DNA of 64,000 bases from Pseudomonadota bacterium (GCA_039799905.1 JBDLRP010000045.1:32564-96563), one strand, 5' to 3'. Numbered from the stretch's first letter, positions 9,632-19,707 are shown. Made by a program: numbers and translations. Notes: generated by a model not told the origin, from the sequence alone.

Positions 9632-10999
9632 ATGAAGCGCATTCTGATAGCTGATGCAAGCAAAGCAAGTCTGGTCATGACGAGTGAAGTCTTCAAGGAT
9701 CATTTCCCGGGGGTTCAGGTTGTAGTTGCCCGCAACTCTGCAGATGCCATAGAGCTGGCGAAATCGGCAGGCGAATTGGATGCCTTCATTATCGACTATG
9801 ACCTACCCGACCGTGATGGAGCCTATACTGCGGCAAGGCTTAAAAAAATGTTCAGTCAGCCGATTTTGATTACCGCCTTTGACAGGCCCGACGTGCAGCA
9901 ATCGATTGACCGCGACTTGTCCGCATTCGATGATTGCCTAAGCTGGCTTAAGAAACCGGTTAAGCCCGAGCTGGTCGTCTCACTTGCGCAGCGTTTCATT
10001 GAAGGAAAGCATCGCTGTCAGCGTCGGTTGTCTTGCAGCATTCCAGCATTTCTTGAGGTTGAATTCAGTGCCGCGGAAGTTGCCGCGATGCTGTCCCGCA
10101 GCGCGTCTGTGAAGACTGTTCAGGTAGCCAAGGCGAAAGTTAAAGTTGCTGCCAAGCCGGCTGCCAAAGGTAAGGGTGCGGTGGCATTCAAAGCAGCCGG
10201 TAAACCTGCCAAAGCGGCTCCGCAGGCAAAAAACAAGACGACTGAAAAACCTGCAGCTAAGAACGCTGTCAAGACCGCCGCAAAAGTTACGGCCAAAACA
10301 ACGACGAAGCCTTTGGCTAAAACGACTGCGAAGCCCGCAGTCAGTAAAAGCTCAACTTCAGTTGCTGCGAAAGCAAATCCGGCCGCGCAAAAAACAAAGA
10401 CTCCGGCCAAAAAAGAGGCTGCCGTTCAGGTTCAGGCTGTGCGTAAAATCATCCCAGTGTTGATTGATGATGTGAGTCTGGGTGGGGCTAAGCTCAGAAT
10501 CAACAATCAGGACCTGATTGTTATGTCGTCGGCAAAGGGCAAGGATAGCGGGGCTATTCTCGATTTTCGGGAAGGACAGATTCTGCAGATTCATGTTCCG
10601 CCCTCCCATTTGGTTGAGGCCGGCTCTGAGGCGCTCGAAAAGTGGCAAAAGTCACAGGCAAAGGAACTTGCTGCGCAACTTGCAGCCCGCACTGCCGGCG
10701 AGGGAGCGAAAGCCAAGAAATCTTCGACGCTCAATCCGCTCGTTGGACGCGCCCGCAGCGGTCTGACAAGCACGCCTGACAACGGCGCGGTGGTGGAAAA
10801 TCCAATCAAGGTGCTCAAGGGCGAAATTCGCTGGGTTGCCTCGAGCGAGGTATTTACCTTCTGCGGCTTGCGTTCCGAGACGGTCAATGTTTCCAAGGGA
10901 CTGTTCGAGTCGATGATCGAAATCGAGTCGCGTAGCCGGAATCATTTAAGCCCAATCGTATCTCCCAGCTCGGCGCGCGGTAGCAAACTCAACGCGTGA
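9632..10999 (+). CDS. Response-regulator receiver plus PilZ-like domain interrupted by a Lys/Ala-rich insertion
   Basis: REC motifs (ILIAD, FIIDYDLP..DG, LITA, KKP); RCQRR at 10013-10027 and DVSLGG at 10469-10486; GEIRWV...CGLR strands. Confidence 0.8.
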   Translation: MKRILIADASKASLVMTSEVFKDHFPGVQVVVARNSADAIELAKSAGELDAFIIDYDLPDRDGAYTAARLKKMFSQPILITAFDRPDVQQSIDRDLSAFDDCLSWLKKPVKPELVVSLAQRFIEGKHRCQRRLSCSIPAFLEVEFSAAEVAAMLSRSASVKTVQVAKAKVKVAAKPAAKGKGAVAFKAAGKPAKAAPQAKNKTTEKPAAKNAVKTAAKVTAKTTTKPLAKTTAKPAVSKSSTSVAAKANPAAQKTKTPAKKEAAVQVQAVRKIIPVLIDDVSLGGAKLRINNQDLIVMSSAKGKDSGAILDFREGQILQIHVPPSHLVEAGSEALEKWQKSQAKELAAQLAARTAGEGAKAKKSSTLNPLVGRARSGLTSTPDNGAVVENPIKVLKGEIRWVASSEVFTFCGLRSETVNVSKGLFESMIEIESRSRNHLSPIVSPSSARGSKLNA

Positions 11000-11000
11000 T

Positions 11001-11029
11001 TTGACAGATTTCGGGATGGTCGCTAATCT
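11001..11029 (+). promoter_or_regulatory. sigma70-type promoter of the HU gene
   Basis: TTGACA-17 nt-TAATCT. Confidence 0.6.
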
Positions 11030-11079
11030 CCTGTGTAAATCGCATCTGCAAGCAAACGGTTCATCACAAGGAGCGTGTT

Positions 11080-11400
11080 ATGAAAAAGTCGACCGTCTCG
11101 ACATCTCAGCTTATCTCAACTGTTGCAGCCAACCATACTGAACTCCCCAAGAAGGTTACCAAGGAAGTTCTGCAAGAGTTCCTCTCTTTGATTGAGCAGG
11201 AAGTTGTTGGCAACCACGCAAAAGTTCGTATCGACAAAGTCGGTATCCTTCAGGTCAAGGAGCGCGCAGCTCGCATGGGCCGCAATCCTCAGACGGGCGA
11301 AGAAATTCGCATTCCAGCATCCAAGAAAGTTACATTCCGCGCTGCTAAGTCCCTCAAGGATGCAGTCGGCGTGAAGCGTGCGGCTAAAAAGAAGAAGTAA
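11080..11400 (+). CDS. hup: HU-family DNA-binding protein
   Basis: RAARMGRNPQTGEEIRIPASKKVTFRAAKSLKD signature; AAGGAG SD. Confidence 0.95.
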   Translation: MKKSTVSTSQLISTVAANHTELPKKVTKEVLQEFLSLIEQEVVGNHAKVRIDKVGILQVKERAARMGRNPQTGEEIRIPASKKVTFRAAKSLKDAVGVKRAAKKKK

Positions 11401-11439
11401 TCAGACCTAGGACTTTCCGAACTCTTTAAAGCAGATGCG

Positions 11440-11465
11440 AACTCCCCATTCGGGGAGTTTTTTTT
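11440..11465 (+). terminator. Intrinsic terminator after HU
   Basis: AACTCCCC-ATTC-GGGGAGTT hairpin followed by a T run. Confidence 0.85.
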
Positions 11466-12999
11466 ATTGGTGGCGAATGATTTCCTCGACAAGGTAGATT
11501 TCCTGCTCTCCCTTGCCCTTAAGGCTTATTTTTCCAAGGTTCTGGCCTTTGATTTTGTCTTTGACGGTATCAAAAACAGTCCTCGAAATGGCGACCCGCT
11601 GAGGTTTGGACGCGCCCTCAACCCGCGCTGCGGTGTTGACGGTGTCCCCCCAGATATCAAAGAGGAATTGTTTGTTGCCGACCAGTCCACTGACAACCGG
11701 ACCTGTGTGCAATCCAACCCGCAGCTGCCAACCCGACTCGTGCCGTCTTGCACAGTCAATCATGTTGAGTCCGGCTTGGATGGCGCGCAGCTCGAGCTCT
11801 TCTTCATTGACGTCTTGATTAAGGCCGATTGCGGCCATAAAGCTGTCGCCGATGGTTTTAATCTTCTGCAAACCCTGCAATTCGGTGATTGCTTCAAATT
11901 CAGAAAAAAGGCTCTGAAGCAGCGCGAGAATCTTTACAGGGTCCTCGCGGTCGCAGCTCTCGGTAAAGTTGACGATGTCACAAAACAAAACGCAGACCCG
12001 TTCATGCCTCTTTGGCTGAACCTCTCCGGTTGACTGCAGTTCATCTATAATGTCGCGCGGAAGAATGACCGACAGCAGCTCCTCAATTCTTCCTTTTTGA
12101 TAAACCAGTTCACGGGCAATTGCTCGTTCGCGTCTCTTGGCAGCCTGCAAATCGAGAGAGGTCAGAACACGGGCTTTCAGAAATGACGATTGAAACGGCT
12201 TCGGCAGCGAGTCGACCGCACCCGCCTCGATGCACTCGGCAAGTTCGTCGGCATCGTCGGATGCTGTCACGACCAAAACCGGGATTTCTTGATATTCTTT
12301 TTTGCTCTTGATTTGTCGCAGAAACTCAAGCCCGCTCATTTGCGGCATATGCAAATCCAAGAGAATCAGGTCGACGCCACCGTTGGCCAGCTCGGCAAGT
12401 GCATCCTCACCGCGTGTGAAAGTGGAAACGGAAAGGTTGAGGCGTCCGAGAAATGTCCCGATGAGGTGAAGGTTGTGCGGCTCGTCGTCGATCACCATCA
12501 CGTGGCCGCGGGTTGGTGCATCAGATGATTCGTTGACGGTGTTGACCTGAAAGTTGATTTCCTGAGTGCGCAGTTCCAGGCGTTGGTCAAACGGAGAGTG
12601 GCAACGCAGCGTCAGTTGCCGGACCGCTTCGAGCATGTTGTCGACGAGCTCCTGTTCGTCCTGATTGAGGACGAGCTTGGCAAGCATTTCGTTGACCTCC
12701 CGCAAATTCGACAGTGTGCCCTTGCGCAAGCCGGCACGAACCTCGGTCTTGAATGCGGAAATAGAGCTCAGTGAGCAGCGGTTGATCATCGCGATCGTGT
12801 CGTCGAGCGCCATGCGACCTGCGTCGAGTGCGGCATCGAGGGTTGCAAGCGACTCGCTGTTCGTTCTGGACAGGTCTTCGCGCAGAACTTCTCCAAATCC
12901 GATTAAAACGGAAAAATTGGATCGCAGGTCGTGACGGAAATTCGACCTGAACTTTTCAATCGATACTTCTTCTTTATTCGATTGAGGCTTGCTGCTCAT
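11464..12999 (-). CDS. Class III adenylate/guanylate cyclase with receiver domain and N-terminal HisKA-like helix
   Basis: VLFCDIVNFT, KIKTIGDSFMA, LRVGLHTGPV, FDIWGDTVNTAARVE; REC (VIDDE, LLDLHMP, PKP); RHDLRS H-box-like motif. Confidence 0.9.
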   Translation of the reverse strand: MSSKPQSNKEEVSIEKFRSNFRHDLRSNFSVLIGFGEVLREDLSRTNSESLATLDAALDAGRMALDDTIAMINRCSLSSISAFKTEVRAGLRKGTLSNLREVNEMLAKLVLNQDEQELVDNMLEAVRQLTLRCHSPFDQRLELRTQEINFQVNTVNESSDAPTRGHVMVIDDEPHNLHLIGTFLGRLNLSVSTFTRGEDALAELANGGVDLILLDLHMPQMSGLEFLRQIKSKKEYQEIPVLVVTASDDADELAECIEAGAVDSLPKPFQSSFLKARVLTSLDLQAAKRRERAIARELVYQKGRIEELLSVILPRDIIDELQSTGEVQPKRHERVCVLFCDIVNFTESCDREDPVKILALLQSLFSEFEAITELQGLQKIKTIGDSFMAAIGLNQDVNEEELELRAIQAGLNMIDCARRHESGWQLRVGLHTGPVVSGLVGNKQFLFDIWGDTVNTAARVEGASKPQRVAISRTVFDTVKDKIKGQNLGKISLKGKGEQEIYLVEEIIRHQ

Positions 13000-13168
13000 A
13001 AGTTTTCCAAACAGAAGTTCTGCATTGAGTTACGAAAACATGATAACGAATGAACGTTTCTGCACGCGAGTCGACGCGTTGACGGAATTAAAAATTGAAA
13101 AGATGTGTTCGGTGTCTTTACTTATGAAACGGACGAAGTTACATTTTCAGAAAATGGAGGTCACAAAT

Positions 13169-14035
13169 ATGGTTACGAAGAAGGGTGCGAAAAAGTCTGC
13201 TGCTAAGAAACCTGCTGCCAAGAAGGCTGCTCCTAAGAAAGCTGCCAAGAAGGCAGTTGCCAAGAAGAAGCCAGCTGCAAAGAAGAAGCCTGCCGCTAAG
13301 AAAACGGTAGCCAAGAAAACTGCAGTGAAGAAAACTGCAGCCAAGAAGACTGCCGCTAAGAAGGCAGCTCCGAAAAAGGCTGCAGCAAAGAAAACTGCGG
13401 TGAAGAAAACTGCAACCAAGAAGACTGCCGCTAAGAAGGCAGCTCCGAAGAAGGCTGCAGCAAAGAAGACTGTTCGCAAGGCTGGCGCTCGTCGCGCTAA
13501 GGCAGCTCCTGCTGCAACGCCTGCAGCGAGCGAAGGCGGAGAGCCTTCCGAGCCCGACGGCGAATCCGGTTTACTGTCCTCTCCCTATCCAGCACCAAGG
13601 ATTTCGGGGCTGGTTGGAGGAGAGGAGTTCGATGCGGTCTCAGTCAGAAGCAAGTGGGTTGTTCTTTATTTCTATCCGAAAGACATGACTCCCGGTTGTA
13701 CGATTGAGGCTCGCGACTTTCAGGCTCTCAAAGATGACTTCAAGCGGCAGGACGCCGTTGTCATCGGAGTGAGCAAGGACTCCTGCCAGAGTCACGGCAA
13801 GTTTGCGCAAAAGGAAGGACTTTCCTTCATGCTTCTCTCTGACGAGAAGAGTGATTTGTGTGAGCGCTACGGTGTCTGGAAGCAAAAGAGCATGTACGGT
13901 AAGACGTTCATGGGAATTGAGCGCAGTACATTTCTCTTGAGTCCAGCGGGTCAAGTGGTTGCACACTGGCCCAAAGTCAAGGTCGACGGGCACGCTGCTG
14001 CAGTTCTTGCAGCACTCCGGAAACTCAATCAATAG
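13169..14035 (+). CDS. bcp: Histone H1-like Lys/Ala-rich domain fused to BCP/PrxQ-family peroxiredoxin
   Basis: ATG 13169 after GGAGG; about 110 aa of KKxAA repeats, then VVLYFYPKDMTPGCTIEA...GVSKDS...KSMYGK.FMGIERSTF in one frame. Confidence 0.88.
   Translation: MVTKKGAKKSAAKKPAAKKAAPKKAAKKAVAKKKPAAKKKPAAKKTVAKKTAVKKTAAKKTAAKKAAPKKAAAKKTAVKKTATKKTAAKKAAPKKAAAKKTVRKAGARRAKAAPAATPAASEGGEPSEPDGESGLLSSPYPAPRISGLVGGEEFDAVSVRSKWVVLYFYPKDMTPGCTIEARDFQALKDDFKRQDAVVIGVSKDSCQSHGKFAQKEGLSFMLLSDEKSDLCERYGVWKQKSMYGKTFMGIERSTFLLSPAGQVVAHWPKVKVDGHAAAVLAALRKLNQ
13316..13465 (+). repeat. 75-bp tandem duplication (2 copies) in the histone-like domain
   Basis: 13316-13390 versus 13391-13465: three mismatches by manual comparison. 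Confidence 0.85.
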
Positions 14036-14061
14036 ATGAGTGACCGTGCCTGATTGAACTT

Positions 14062-14093
14062 AAAACCCCGCGGAGACGGTCCGCGGGGTTTTT
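14062..14093. terminator. Bidirectional intrinsic terminator
   Basis: AAAACCCCGCGGA-GACGG-TCCGCGGGGTTTT between convergent genes. Confidence 0.9.
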
Positions 14094-14168
14094 GTTTTTT
14101 GCTGAAGACAGAGCGTTTTAGCGAGTGTCTGATTTCCCTTTTGAACACTTCCCGCGCGAACGATGGTT

Positions 14169-16082
14169 TCAATTGCAGCTTGCATTCCAGCGGCTGCTGA
14201 GGAGTGTTTCCATCGTCGCGCCGAGCCTGATGACCTTCAAGCCTGACTTGGACACACTCATCATTTCACCGTCAATTTTGAAGAATCTTTGCACGTTCAT
14301 GAAGTTCGAGTCGTTGCGCCACATTCCCCAGCGATGGGATTGCTCACGGCAGCCGCTCGGCAAGAGGTCTGAGTGTGTCAGGAATTGTGGCTCAGAGAAG
14401 CCATCGTCCTGAATACGTGTGACAACAGCTCCTGTGAATCCGACTGAGAGTCCAGTCTGCGGTGGAAATGAAACAGGAGTTTTCTGGCAACCGGTGTTTC
14501 CAGAGCCGCACTCACCGTAAAGCGAGATGGGAAACGCCACTACACCTTCGCTTTGATCGAGATAAAACGCACGATGGTCGGCAGTTGCTGCGGACGAAGA
14601 GCCGCTGCTTCCGAAAATTTTAACATCCTTGCGCGACATCTCGAGCGGGTTGGCTGTGTCGAACAAAGACAACTGCAGACCTTCGATGCGACCAAAGTCA
14701 CCCTGTTCAACAGCGTCGAAGCCAAGTCCAACAAGCCGGTCGCTGCTTAGGGGATGCATATAGGTCGAAAAGCCGGGAATCTTGAGTTCGCCGATAATCT
14801 TTGGTTGCTGTGGTTGGCTAAAGTTAATTGCAAAGAGCGGATCGGTGTTTCTGAATGTAACGACATATGCAACGTCGCCGACAAAGCGAACCGATCGAAT
14901 GTTTTCGTTGGGTGCGAATTCCGGTGTCGCTCCAGTGATTGTGAGTCGTCCTTGTTGTTCACTAAGCACAGAGAAGTGATTTCTTGCCGAACCGTCCCGC
15001 AGGTTCCCACTCGAGGAAGCTGCTGCAAGTTCTCCTGAGGGAAGTTCTGCCAATGCCCAGACATCTTTGATCCTGCCTTTGACTTCTCCAACTGCCGACA
15101 AGGTCAAATCATCGGCATCCGCAAGAGAGACTTTGCGCAATAGTGTCTTTTCTTTTCCCCTGAAACTGTTCTCGAACAGATAGAGATTTTTATCTGTCAT
15201 GTAGAGCTTGTTGTAGCCCATGAAGCCGAGGGTTGTGGACTTATGAATGTCGTCGACAGAAGTCATCTCGACTTTTGTGAACCAGTCGCTATACCCGCCA
15301 TCGACGCTGGGGTACATGGTTTTGCACGAGAGCTGCGAAAGGTCCAACACAGAGCGGCCGCTCATGCTTTGTGTGTTTTGTTGGTAGGGGATGGCTTCAG
15401 CTGAAACCATGACAATCCGGTTCTTAAGGACACGCAACTCGTACGGTTGGTTTTTCAATGTCTTTTGCTGTCTCAAGGATGGCAGGGCTTGGTTTTGCAG
15501 TTCGAAGATGCTGAGTTGCTCTTGCCACAAGGCAATCAGCCTGTTCCCGGAAAGAAGCAGTGATGCGTTTTTGCTCGACTGTTGAATCGGCTTGTCGTTC
15601 AGATGAATCGTACCGATATGCTTTTTGCTTTTACGGTCGATGACGTTGATTTTATCGCCGTCGCTGACAAAGATTTGCCCCGCCGAAATTTTTACAAAGT
15701 CGCCTTCGTCAACACCTTCATGCCGGACGTTGGTCAGAACATCCGCCCCACTTCCGCTATTTTTCGCACTCTCTGGGGTACCGGCGGCACCGTCGCTCGT
15801 GGGCATTGCTCTTGGATGAAAGCGATCATTGTGGGAGGCCCATTTGAGGTGGGCTTCATTGATACATTGATTATATGAAACTGAGAGCTGTTGGGTGTTT
15901 TCGATCGCTTGGCATGAGTCGAATGGAAGGCCGGGTGAGCTCGTCCTTGAGGCGCTGAATTGTTGCTCACAATGCTCCAGAGCCTCGGAAAGTTCGCTTT
16001 GTCTGTCATTTGCCTTCCTGCCACATGCCCCGAGCGCGGGTGTCAGCAACAGAACCAGAGTTGTCATTTGATAGAGTTTCAC
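14169..16082 (-). CDS. Secreted beta-propeller domain lipoprotein (Beta_propel family)
   Basis: Lipobox LGAC; TNV...GVDEGDFVK, E.IRSVRFVGD.AYVVTFRNTDPLFAI, GELKIPGFSTYMHP; GTG start after GAGGAGG. Confidence 0.88.
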   Translation of the reverse strand: MKLYQMTTLVLLLTPALGACGRKANDRQSELSEALEHCEQQFSASRTSSPGLPFDSCQAIENTQQLSVSYNQCINEAHLKWASHNDRFHPRAMPTSDGAAGTPESAKNSGSGADVLTNVRHEGVDEGDFVKISAGQIFVSDGDKINVIDRKSKKHIGTIHLNDKPIQQSSKNASLLLSGNRLIALWQEQLSIFELQNQALPSLRQQKTLKNQPYELRVLKNRIVMVSAEAIPYQQNTQSMSGRSVLDLSQLSCKTMYPSVDGGYSDWFTKVEMTSVDDIHKSTTLGFMGYNKLYMTDKNLYLFENSFRGKEKTLLRKVSLADADDLTLSAVGEVKGRIKDVWALAELPSGELAAASSSGNLRDGSARNHFSVLSEQQGRLTITGATPEFAPNENIRSVRFVGDVAYVVTFRNTDPLFAINFSQPQQPKIIGELKIPGFSTYMHPLSSDRLVGLGFDAVEQGDFGRIEGLQLSLFDTANPLEMSRKDVKIFGSSGSSSAATADHRAFYLDQSEGVVAFPISLYGECGSGNTGCQKTPVSFPPQTGLSVGFTGAVVTRIQDDGFSEPQFLTHSDLLPSGCREQSHRWGMWRNDSNFMNVQRFFKIDGEMMSVSKSGLKVIRLGATMETLLSSRWNASCN

Positions 16083-16119
16083 GGCACCTCCTCATTGAAT
16101 CATTCAATCGATGTCTAAT

Positions 16120-16146
16120 GAATCGGCGTTTTTTATATTTTCTTTA
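16120..16146 (-). promoter_or_regulatory. Candidate sigma28 (FliA) promoter
   Basis: TAAA-N15-GCCGATTC on the minus strand about 40 nt upstream of the beta-propeller gene. Confidence 0.6.
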
Positions 16147-16217
16147 GTTTTTTATATTAATTATTTCAGATAGTTGAAAAAATACTTCGGTAGACTCAAT
16201 CTGTATATTTGTATACG

Positions 16218-16260
16218 AAAAACCCGCCGCACTGAAAGCCTCAGTTATTGCGGCGGGTTC
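16218..16260 (-). terminator. Intrinsic terminator of the sdh operon
   Basis: AACCCGCCGCA / TGCGGCGGGTT stem with a T run on the minus strand. Confidence 0.8.
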
Positions 16261-16281
16261 AAATCGGAACGATGAATTTAA

Positions 16282-17079
16282 TCAGTCTTCGCTGACTTGT
16301 TCGCGCACGCGGCCAAACAGCATCGCTTTGCCGTACTCACGGTTCATGCGAGCGATATTTTCAACCTTGATTTCCTTCGGACAAGCTGCGGCGCATGAAC
16401 CCATGTTGGTGCAGCTGCCAAAGTCTTCCTCGTCCATCTGCCAGACCATCCGCGACACACGCCGCTCACGTTCAGCCTGACCTTGTGGCAGCAGGGCCAA
16501 CTGCGAAACCTTGGCCGAGACAAACAACATGGCAGAGCCATTGCGGCAGGCTGCCACACACGCGCCACATTGAATGCAGGCTGCTGCATCCATGGCAAGG
16601 TCAGCAATCTGCTTGGAGATTGGAATCGCATTGCCGTCGGGTGCGTTGCCTGTGCTGACGGTCACATATCCACCGGCCGCCTGAATGCGATCGAGAGCGG
16701 TTCTATTTGTGACCAAATCTTTTACAATCGGGAACGCTTTGGCGCGGAAGGGTTCAACGACAATGGTGTCGCCGTCGCTGAAGCTGCGCATGTGCAGTTG
16801 GCAGGTTGTTGTGCCGGTCTGCGGACCATGGGGTTCGCCGTCGATGACCATCGCACAAGAACCGCAGATTCCCTCGCGGCAATCGTGCGCAAAAGCAACC
16901 GGCTCTTCGCCCTTCTTTACAAGCTGTTCATTGAGAACGTCAAACATTTCCAAAAACGACATATCCGGACTGACTGTGTCGAGCGAATAATCAACCAGCT
17001 GTCCTTCTGCGTTCTGATTTTTCTGCCGCCATACCTTCAGATTGATGCGCATGGTGCGTGCGTTGTTGTTTCCAGCCAT
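16282..17079 (-). CDS. sdhB: Succinate dehydrogenase/fumarate reductase iron-sulfur subunit
   Basis: [35 protein letters not shown] 17079 after GGAGAG. Confidence 0.95.
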   Translation of the reverse strand: MAGNNNARTMRINLKVWRQKNQNAEGQLVDYSLDTVSPDMSFLEMFDVLNEQLVKKGEEPVAFAHDCREGICGSCAMVIDGEPHGPQTGTTTCQLHMRSFSDGDTIVVEPFRAKAFPIVKDLVTNRTALDRIQAAGGYVTVSTGNAPDGNAIPISKQIADLAMDAAACIQCGACVAACRNGSAMLFVSAKVSQLALLPQGQAERERRVSRMVWQMDEEDFGSCTNMGSCAAACPKEIKVENIARMNREYGKAMLFGRVREQVSED

Positions 17080-17095
17080 GAGATCTCTCCTTGGT

Positions 17096-19009
17096 TTATT
17101 TGTAGCTGCGTGTTGCAAGCTTCACATATTCAAAATTGAGCGCCTCTGTGTGCCGCTTGGCGGGTTTGCCCTGACCTTGGTATTCCCAGGCAGCCACATG
17201 ACAGAATTTTTCGTCGTCGCGCTGAGCTTCGTTGTCGGGTGTTTGGAATTCGGTGCGGAAATGTCCGCCGCACGATTCGCGCCGCTCCAAGGCATCGCGC
17301 GCCATCAGTTCACCCAGCTCAATGAAATCCGCCACACGTCCTGCCCGCTCGAGTTCCTGATTCAGCGAGGCGGCATCGCCCGGAATTCGCAGGTCACTCC
17401 AAAACTCATCACGCAGTTTGGGAATTTCTTCGAGCAGCTTTTTCAGTGATTCCTCGCTGCGTGCCATGCCGCAATTATCCCACATCAGTTTGCCCAGCTT
17501 GCGATGCAGTTCGTCTGCGGTCTTCGTGCCCTTGATGCCCATCAGACGTGTGATGTCGCCTTCGACTTCCGCCCGTGCGTCTTTGAATGCCGGATGATTG
17601 GTGTCAACTTTGTCAAGCTTGGTCGAGCCCAGATAGTTTGCGAGTGTCGTCGGAATCACAAAATAGCCGTCCGACAATCCTTGCATCAATGCAGATGCAC
17701 CGAGCCTGTTGGCGCCGTGGTCTGAGAAGTTTGCTTCACCCAGCACGTGCAAGCCAGGGATTGTCGACTGCAGGTTGTAGTCGACCCAGAGTCCTCCCAT
17801 CGTGTAGTGGACTGCCGGATAGATGCGCATCGGCACTTTGTAGGGATTTTCTCCGGTGATCTTTTCGTACATCTGGAAGAGGTTTCCGTATCTGCCTTCA
17901 ATCACGGACCGGCCATCACGTTTGATGGCTGCGCCGAAGTCCAGATACACCGCGAGTTTGGTATTTCCGACACCGCGTCCTTCGTCGCAGACGAACTTTG
18001 CCGCACGTGAGGCAATGTCGCGTGGAGCAAGGTTGCCGAAACTCGGGTAAATGCGCTCAAGGTAATAATCGCGCTCGCTTTCAGGAATTTGGTCGGGTGA
18101 GCGTTTGTCATCTGCATTCTTGGGAACCCAGACGCGACCGTCGTTGCGCAGTGATTCGGACATCAGTGTCAGCTTGCTTTGATAATCACCGGACATCGGG
18201 ATGCAGGTCGGGTGAATTTGCGTAAAGCATGGGTTTCCGAAGGCGGCCCCACGTTTGTGCGCGCGCCAGATGGCAGTCGCATTCGACCACTTGGCGTTCG
18301 TAGAGAGATAAAACACGTTGCCGTATCCGCCGGTCGCGAGAATGACCGCATCGGCTGCGTGCGATTCGATTTCGCCGGTCAGAACGTTGCGGCAAATGAC
18401 CCCGCGTGCCTTGCCGTCTATCAACACCAGGTCGAGCATTTCGCGGAAGGTCAGCAGCTCGACCTTCTTGGCGTCGACCTGACGCATCATCGCTGAATAT
18501 GCGCCGAGCAAAAGTTGCTGGCCTGTCTGGCCGCGCGCATAGAATGTGCGCGAAACCTGCGCGCCGCCAAAGCTGCGGTTGGCAAGAAGTCCACCGTATT
18601 CACGTGCGAACGGCACACCCAGAGCGACACAGTGGTCGATGATCTTGACGGAGTTTTCCGCCAGACGATGAACGTTGGCCTCGCGCGCGCGGAAATCGCC
18701 GCCCTTGATGGTGTCGTAAAACAAGCGGTACACCGAGTCGCCGTCGTTTTGATAGTTCTTTGCAGCGTTGATTCCGCCCTGCGCTGCAATCGAATGTGCA
18801 CGGCGAGGCGAATCATGAATGCAGAGGGTTTTGACGTTGTAACCGAGTTCTGCCAGCGAGGCAGATGCCGAAGCGCCGGCAAGTCCCGTGCCGACCACGA
18901 TGACATTGTACTTGCGGCGGTTGGCCGGATTCACCAGCTTCGATTCAAACTGGTGGTTGGTCCACTTTTCCGAAATCGGTCCGTTCGGGATTTTTGAGTC
19001 GAGATTCAT
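17096..19009 (-). CDS. sdhA: Succinate dehydrogenase/fumarate reductase flavoprotein subunit
   Basis: [46 protein letters not shown]. Confidence 0.97.
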   Translation of the reverse strand: MNLDSKIPNGPISEKWTNHQFESKLVNPANRRKYNVIVVGTGLAGASASASLAELGYNVKTLCIHDSPRRAHSIAAQGGINAAKNYQNDGDSVYRLFYDTIKGGDFRAREANVHRLAENSVKIIDHCVALGVPFAREYGGLLANRSFGGAQVSRTFYARGQTGQQLLLGAYSAMMRQVDAKKVELLTFREMLDLVLIDGKARGVICRNVLTGEIESHAADAVILATGGYGNVFYLSTNAKWSNATAIWRAHKRGAAFGNPCFTQIHPTCIPMSGDYQSKLTLMSESLRNDGRVWVPKNADDKRSPDQIPESERDYYLERIYPSFGNLAPRDIASRAAKFVCDEGRGVGNTKLAVYLDFGAAIKRDGRSVIEGRYGNLFQMYEKITGENPYKVPMRIYPAVHYTMGGLWVDYNLQSTIPGLHVLGEANFSDHGANRLGASALMQGLSDGYFVIPTTLANYLGSTKLDKVDTNHPAFKDARAEVEGDITRLMGIKGTKTADELHRKLGKLMWDNCGMARSEESLKKLLEEIPKLRDEFWSDLRIPGDAASLNQELERAGRVADFIELGELMARDALERRESCGGHFRTEFQTPDNEAQRDDEKFCHVAAWEYQGQGKPAKRHTEALNFEYVKLATRSYK

Positions 19010-19020
19010 TCTTCACCCCT

Positions 19021-19707
19021 TCAGAAAATAAAAACGTAAAGTGGGACAGCAAGGAAACCAAGGGCGACAACAATCGCGTAGATCCAGCCAAAGGCCTTCA
19101 CTGCGTTGTTGAATTTGGGATGGTTCAGTCCCAGAGTTTGAAAGCTGGAGGCGACGCCGTGATAAAGATGGAGACCCACCAGCACAAGACAGAATGAGTA
19201 CCAGATGACGTATCCAGGTTTTTCAAAACTTTCGACGACCAGCTGGTGAATGTCGCGCACCTTGATTCCGTCGACGAAAACCTCCACTCCGTCTTTCATG
19301 TAGGTGTAGTTGGCGCCATATTTGAATGAAATGAGATGGAGTATCAGAAAGACCAAAGTGATGCTGCCGGACCAAATCATCGTTTTGGAAGCCAGCGACG
19401 CTCCCTTGGCGCTCGTCGGCGTAACGGCATACAGCGTGGGCTTGGCTCGGTTGTTGCGCAGGCGCAGGCTTATTCCTGTGTACGCGTGTGCGCCGATGAA
19501 GATCACCAGCGCTGCTTCGGCAAGATAAATCAGCGGATTGTTGATGAGCTTGTGACTGTAAACGTTGTAGGCTTCCTTGCCGGCGAAAATAAGCAGGTTG
19601 CCTATCATGTGGGCCAAAACAAAACCCACCCAGACCAGTCCGCTCAGTGCCATCACATATTTCCGGCCTATCGAGCTGTTCAGGTATTTCAGAATCCCGT
19701 GACTCAT
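19021..19707 (-). CDS. sdhC: Succinate dehydrogenase cytochrome b558 subunit
   Basis: SSIGRKYVMALSG, His-bearing TM helices, HLYHGVASSFQTLG; first gene of the operon. Confidence 0.93.
   Translation of the reverse strand: MSHGILKYLNSSIGRKYVMALSGLVWVGFVLAHMIGNLLIFAGKEAYNVYSHKLINNPLIYLAEAALVIFIGAHAYTGISLRLRNNRAKPTLYAVTPTSAKGASLASKTMIWSGSITLVFLILHLISFKYGANYTYMKDGVEVFVDGIKVRDIHQLVVESFEKPGYVIWYSFCLVLVGLHLYHGVASSFQTLGLNHPKFNNAVKAFGWIYAIVVALGFLAVPLYVFIF

Noticed and set aside
12989..13168. Track-predicted N-terminal extensions (also for rsmB, cysE, rsmA, PP2C and the Tim44-like gene)
   Set aside because: Downstream starts have better SD sequences or match the family N-terminus, and the extensions overlap neighbouring genes or promoters.
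13147..13479. Hydrophobic F/L/A-rich ORFs opposite the histone-like tracts (also 45254..45604 and 10120..10410)
   Set aside because: Reverse-complement artefact of AAG/AAA/GCN codon repeats.
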